Below, one piece after another: positions 61,523 to 64,000 of a DNA stretch of 64,000 bases (the stretch's first letter is position 1; each line of letters starts with the position of its first letter). The notes under the pieces were generated by a model. The model searched no databases. It was not told the origin of the DNA and saw only the letters and a program-made list of their open reading frames with translations. This stretch comes from Sphyrna mokarran. Lineage: Eukaryota. The DNA lies in assembly GCA_024679065.1 (NCBI GenBank), contig JAGIQG010000001.1, positions 151,404,001 to 151,468,000 of the forward strand, read 5' to 3'. Position numbers and translations under genes: made by a program.

Positions 61523-62384
61523 ATAATTGTTAATCCTCTATCCTTGAGCTTTTGAGCCAATTCTCATGTATATTTTTTTTAGGTCCCTATGTTTTTGAAA
61601 TCTCTCTTATTCTTACAAGGACTGCTCCCACTGGATCCCTATCTGGGTCCTTCAGCATTCCTTCTAACCATCAATGTGTGCTGTGCTACCTTCAGTCAGA
61701 CACTTACCTTTCTTCAGATATAGTTTTTATAGCACACATCATTCACTGGGCATGAATCACTTAAGATGATATTCTCCCACTGAGTTGGAAAAGCTAGTTC
61801 AAAGACAGTGGCAGCCTAGTAAAATCATAGTATTCAGGGCCCTCTTCTTCTGGTTTTCTGATTAACTTTTCTTCTGAAACCTTAAAATTTTCCACAGGTT
61901 GGACAGTATTTGGTAAATGTTCGTTAACAAGATCTCTTATGTAGCTTCACATTGGCTCACTTTATCATTTTGCTTACTTTATCAATTTTTTATACTGTAT
62001 CATCTTCTTGGTTTCCTCCAGCACTTTGCTAAAGCAACACTGCTCTCAGCTCCTATCCCTGAATGTTGCTTTGAATGCTAGCCTGTCCTAATCACTTACC
62101 TGAGGGAACTTACTTACTGCATCACCCACATTCGACAACTTCTTTTGTCTGCCCACCTAAGTTACTGTGTGCTTGTCTGTCAACGTTTTGATTTTATTTG
62201 TATTTGATGCTTAATTTTAATTTTACCTCCCTTTTATCTTTGTTTTACTGTTCACCTCCTTTACTTATATCTCAGACATTCTCTAATATATTTGGTTTTC
62301 CTTTTTTGATAAACTTTCCCTTAATTCTGCTGTTTCTACATATATTTACCTGGCCACTAAACAAGACTGCTTTACCCTTTTTGG

Positions 62385-62658
62385 GGACACGGTGGCACAG
62401 TGGTTAGCAGGGATCACGGTTCAATTCCTGGCTTGGGTCACTGTGCAGAGTCTGCATGTTCTCCCCTGTGTGTGTGTGTGTGTGTTTCCTCCAGATGCTC
62501 CAGTTTACTCCCATAGTCTGAAAGACATGCTGGTTAGATGCATTGGCCATGCTAAATTCTCCCTGGCAATGAAGTGTGGTGACTAGGGCTTCACAGTAAC
62601 TTCACTACAGTGTTAATATAAGCCTACTTGTGAATTAATAAATAAACTTAAACTTAAA
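62385..62658 (+). mobile_element. V-domain SINE with (GT)n expansion in the V-domain
   Basis: A-box tggcacagtgg, B-box ggttcaattcc, (TG)9 at 62467-62484, tail cacagtaacttcactacagtgttaatataagcctacttgtga..aataaataaacttaaactt. Confidence 0.88.
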
Positions 62659-62869
62659 ATTCTTGAACAGTTTGTCATTCTTAGCAACAAAACAAGGCTA
62701 AATATTCAAGGGATTTGCCTCAGATCCCACTGTTAAGGAACCTTGTCCCCAGAAACTAATACACAGTGTTCTTGTCTTCCTTGAGCTCTTGTAACCATTA
62801 CTAGAAACTTTGCCATTTTAAAGCACAAAATGTTGCTTTTTTACATTTTTAGTGTTAGTATATCTCCTT

Positions 62870-63320
62870 TAGAATCATACAATTCCTGCGGCGATGGAGG
62901 CCATTTGGCCTATTGAGTCTGTACTCACTCTGACAATCTTACCAACCTCCATCCCCATAACCCCATATATTTACCACATTAATCTTCCTAATGTACACAT
63001 CTTGGGACAACAAAAAGTCTAACACCAGGTTCAAATCCAACAGATTTATTTCATAGCACGAGCTTTCAGAGCGCTGCCCCTTCATCAACTGAGGGGCAGT
63101 GCTCTGAAAGTTCATGCTACCAATAAACCTGTTGGACTTTAACCCAGTGTTATACGACTTCTTACTGTGCCCACCCCAGTCCAACACTTGCATCTCCACA
63201 TCATCTTGGGACACTAAGGGACAATTTAACACAGCCAATCAATCTAACCTGCGTGTCTTTGGACTGTGAGAGGAAACCAGAGCACCTGGACGAAACCCAT
63301 GCAAGGGAGAACATGCAAAC
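62870..63320 (-). mobile_element. HE1-like V-SINE with CR1-type tail, interrupted by a Penelope mini-element
   Basis: tagaatcatacaattcc..ggaggccatttggcc (reverse tail); gtctttggactgtgagaggaaaccagagcacc (reverse V-domain). Confidence 0.85.
63010..63201. mobile_element. Penelope mini-element, inverted pLTRs, 12-bp TSD CATCTTGGGACA
   Basis: TSD at 62998-63009 and 63202-63213; agctttcagagcgctgcccct inverted as aggggcagtgctctgaaagtt. Confidence 0.88.
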
Positions 63321-63502
63321 CCGCCTCAAAGTCCAGGCACCCCACAGTCAAAAGTGCATTTATCTCGGGCCTATAGGTGCAGCTTATAGGCATGGAACTG
63401 GAACTGCTTCCATGTTCTGTTGGCTAACGCACTGTTTCGACCACACCGGCGTACATTTTCCATTACTCAGGTCTGGAATTGAACCCTGGTCCCTTGTGCT
63501 GT

Positions 63503-63726
63503 AAGAAGTCTCACAACACCAGGTTAGCATCCAACCAGTTTATTTGATAGTCATCTCACAAGCTTTCGGAAATGGTTCAAACCTTCCACACACCTGACGA
63601 AGGAAAACTGTTTCAGAAAGCTTGTGAGATGACTATCAAATAAACTGGTTGAACTCTAACCTGGTGTTGTGAAACTTCTTACTGTGTTTACCCCAGTCCA
63701 ATGCTGGCATCTCTACATCACGACTA
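63503..63726. mobile_element. Penelope mini-element, ~67-bp inverted arms, hammerhead core, 12-bp TSD CCCTTGTGCTGT
   Basis: arms 63501-63567 and 63616-63682; CAC-CTGACGA (63594-63600)...GAAAGCTT-GTG; TSD at 63491-63502 and 63727-63738 inside a minus-strand tRNA-like SINE head. Confidence 0.9.
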
Positions 63727-64000
63727 CCCTTGTGCTGTGAGGCAGCAGTGCTAAATATACTGAAATAGATTTTAAATTAATAAAGTGTGGGGAATGAACT
63801 AGTCCACCAATAAAATTAGGTCAAAAGATTACATGTTCATCTAAAATATCTGTCTACTAAATGTATGATTATATGATTTTGGGTAATATCATATATTACC
63901 AATTTGTAATAATTGGTAATACAATTATTACCAATTATAATTGGTATATAATTTGTTTTGAATGCATTAAAAACGTTTTAAGCATTCCCGTGTTCGTAAC

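Noticed and set aside
40000-64000. Exons of a downstream gene such as PGRMC2
   Set aside because: No recognisable cytochrome b5-like or other host-gene peptide found by eye on either strand; small exons could have been missed.
1-64000. Prokaryotic systems (CRISPR arrays, operons) and most short ORF-track entries as genes
   Set aside because: The DNA is intron-exon structured vertebrate sequence; no regularly spaced repeat-spacer array; short ORFs are repeat fragments, antisense frames or exon read-throughs.

Overview
Eukaryotic (vertebrate) genomic DNA, most likely from a shark or other cartilaginous fish (inferred from the HE1/V-SINE-like, HER1/CR1-like and Penelope repeat complement). The + strand carries the last ten coding exons of a LARP1-family gene, best matching LARP1B (4180-36725, all GT-AG introns with consistent phases, including the DM15 cap/TOP-binding domain). 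A ~2.7 kb repeat-free 3'UTR follows. The rest is a dense patchwork of retroelements: many CR1-clade LINE copies, V-domain SINEs, a decayed Mag/Gypsy LTR element hosting nested insertions, and Penelope remnants with minimal hammerhead ribozyme motifs. Almost all ORF-track entries are repeat fragments or exon read-throughs. Most interesting observations: (1) a CR1 lineage (6 copies, 2 subfamilies) whose 3'UTR contains a ~120-nt RNA fold with a compensatory base change, preceded by a splice acceptor and followed by a captured, promoter-degenerate V-SINE that supplies the LINE 3' end; (2) a ~195-bp element with a U2 snRNA 5' head; (3) miniature inverted Penelope elements with hammerhead cores and 12-bp target duplications inside SINEs. 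Repeat boundaries are by-eye estimates. Family names and homologue comparisons come from recalled sequences, not database searches.
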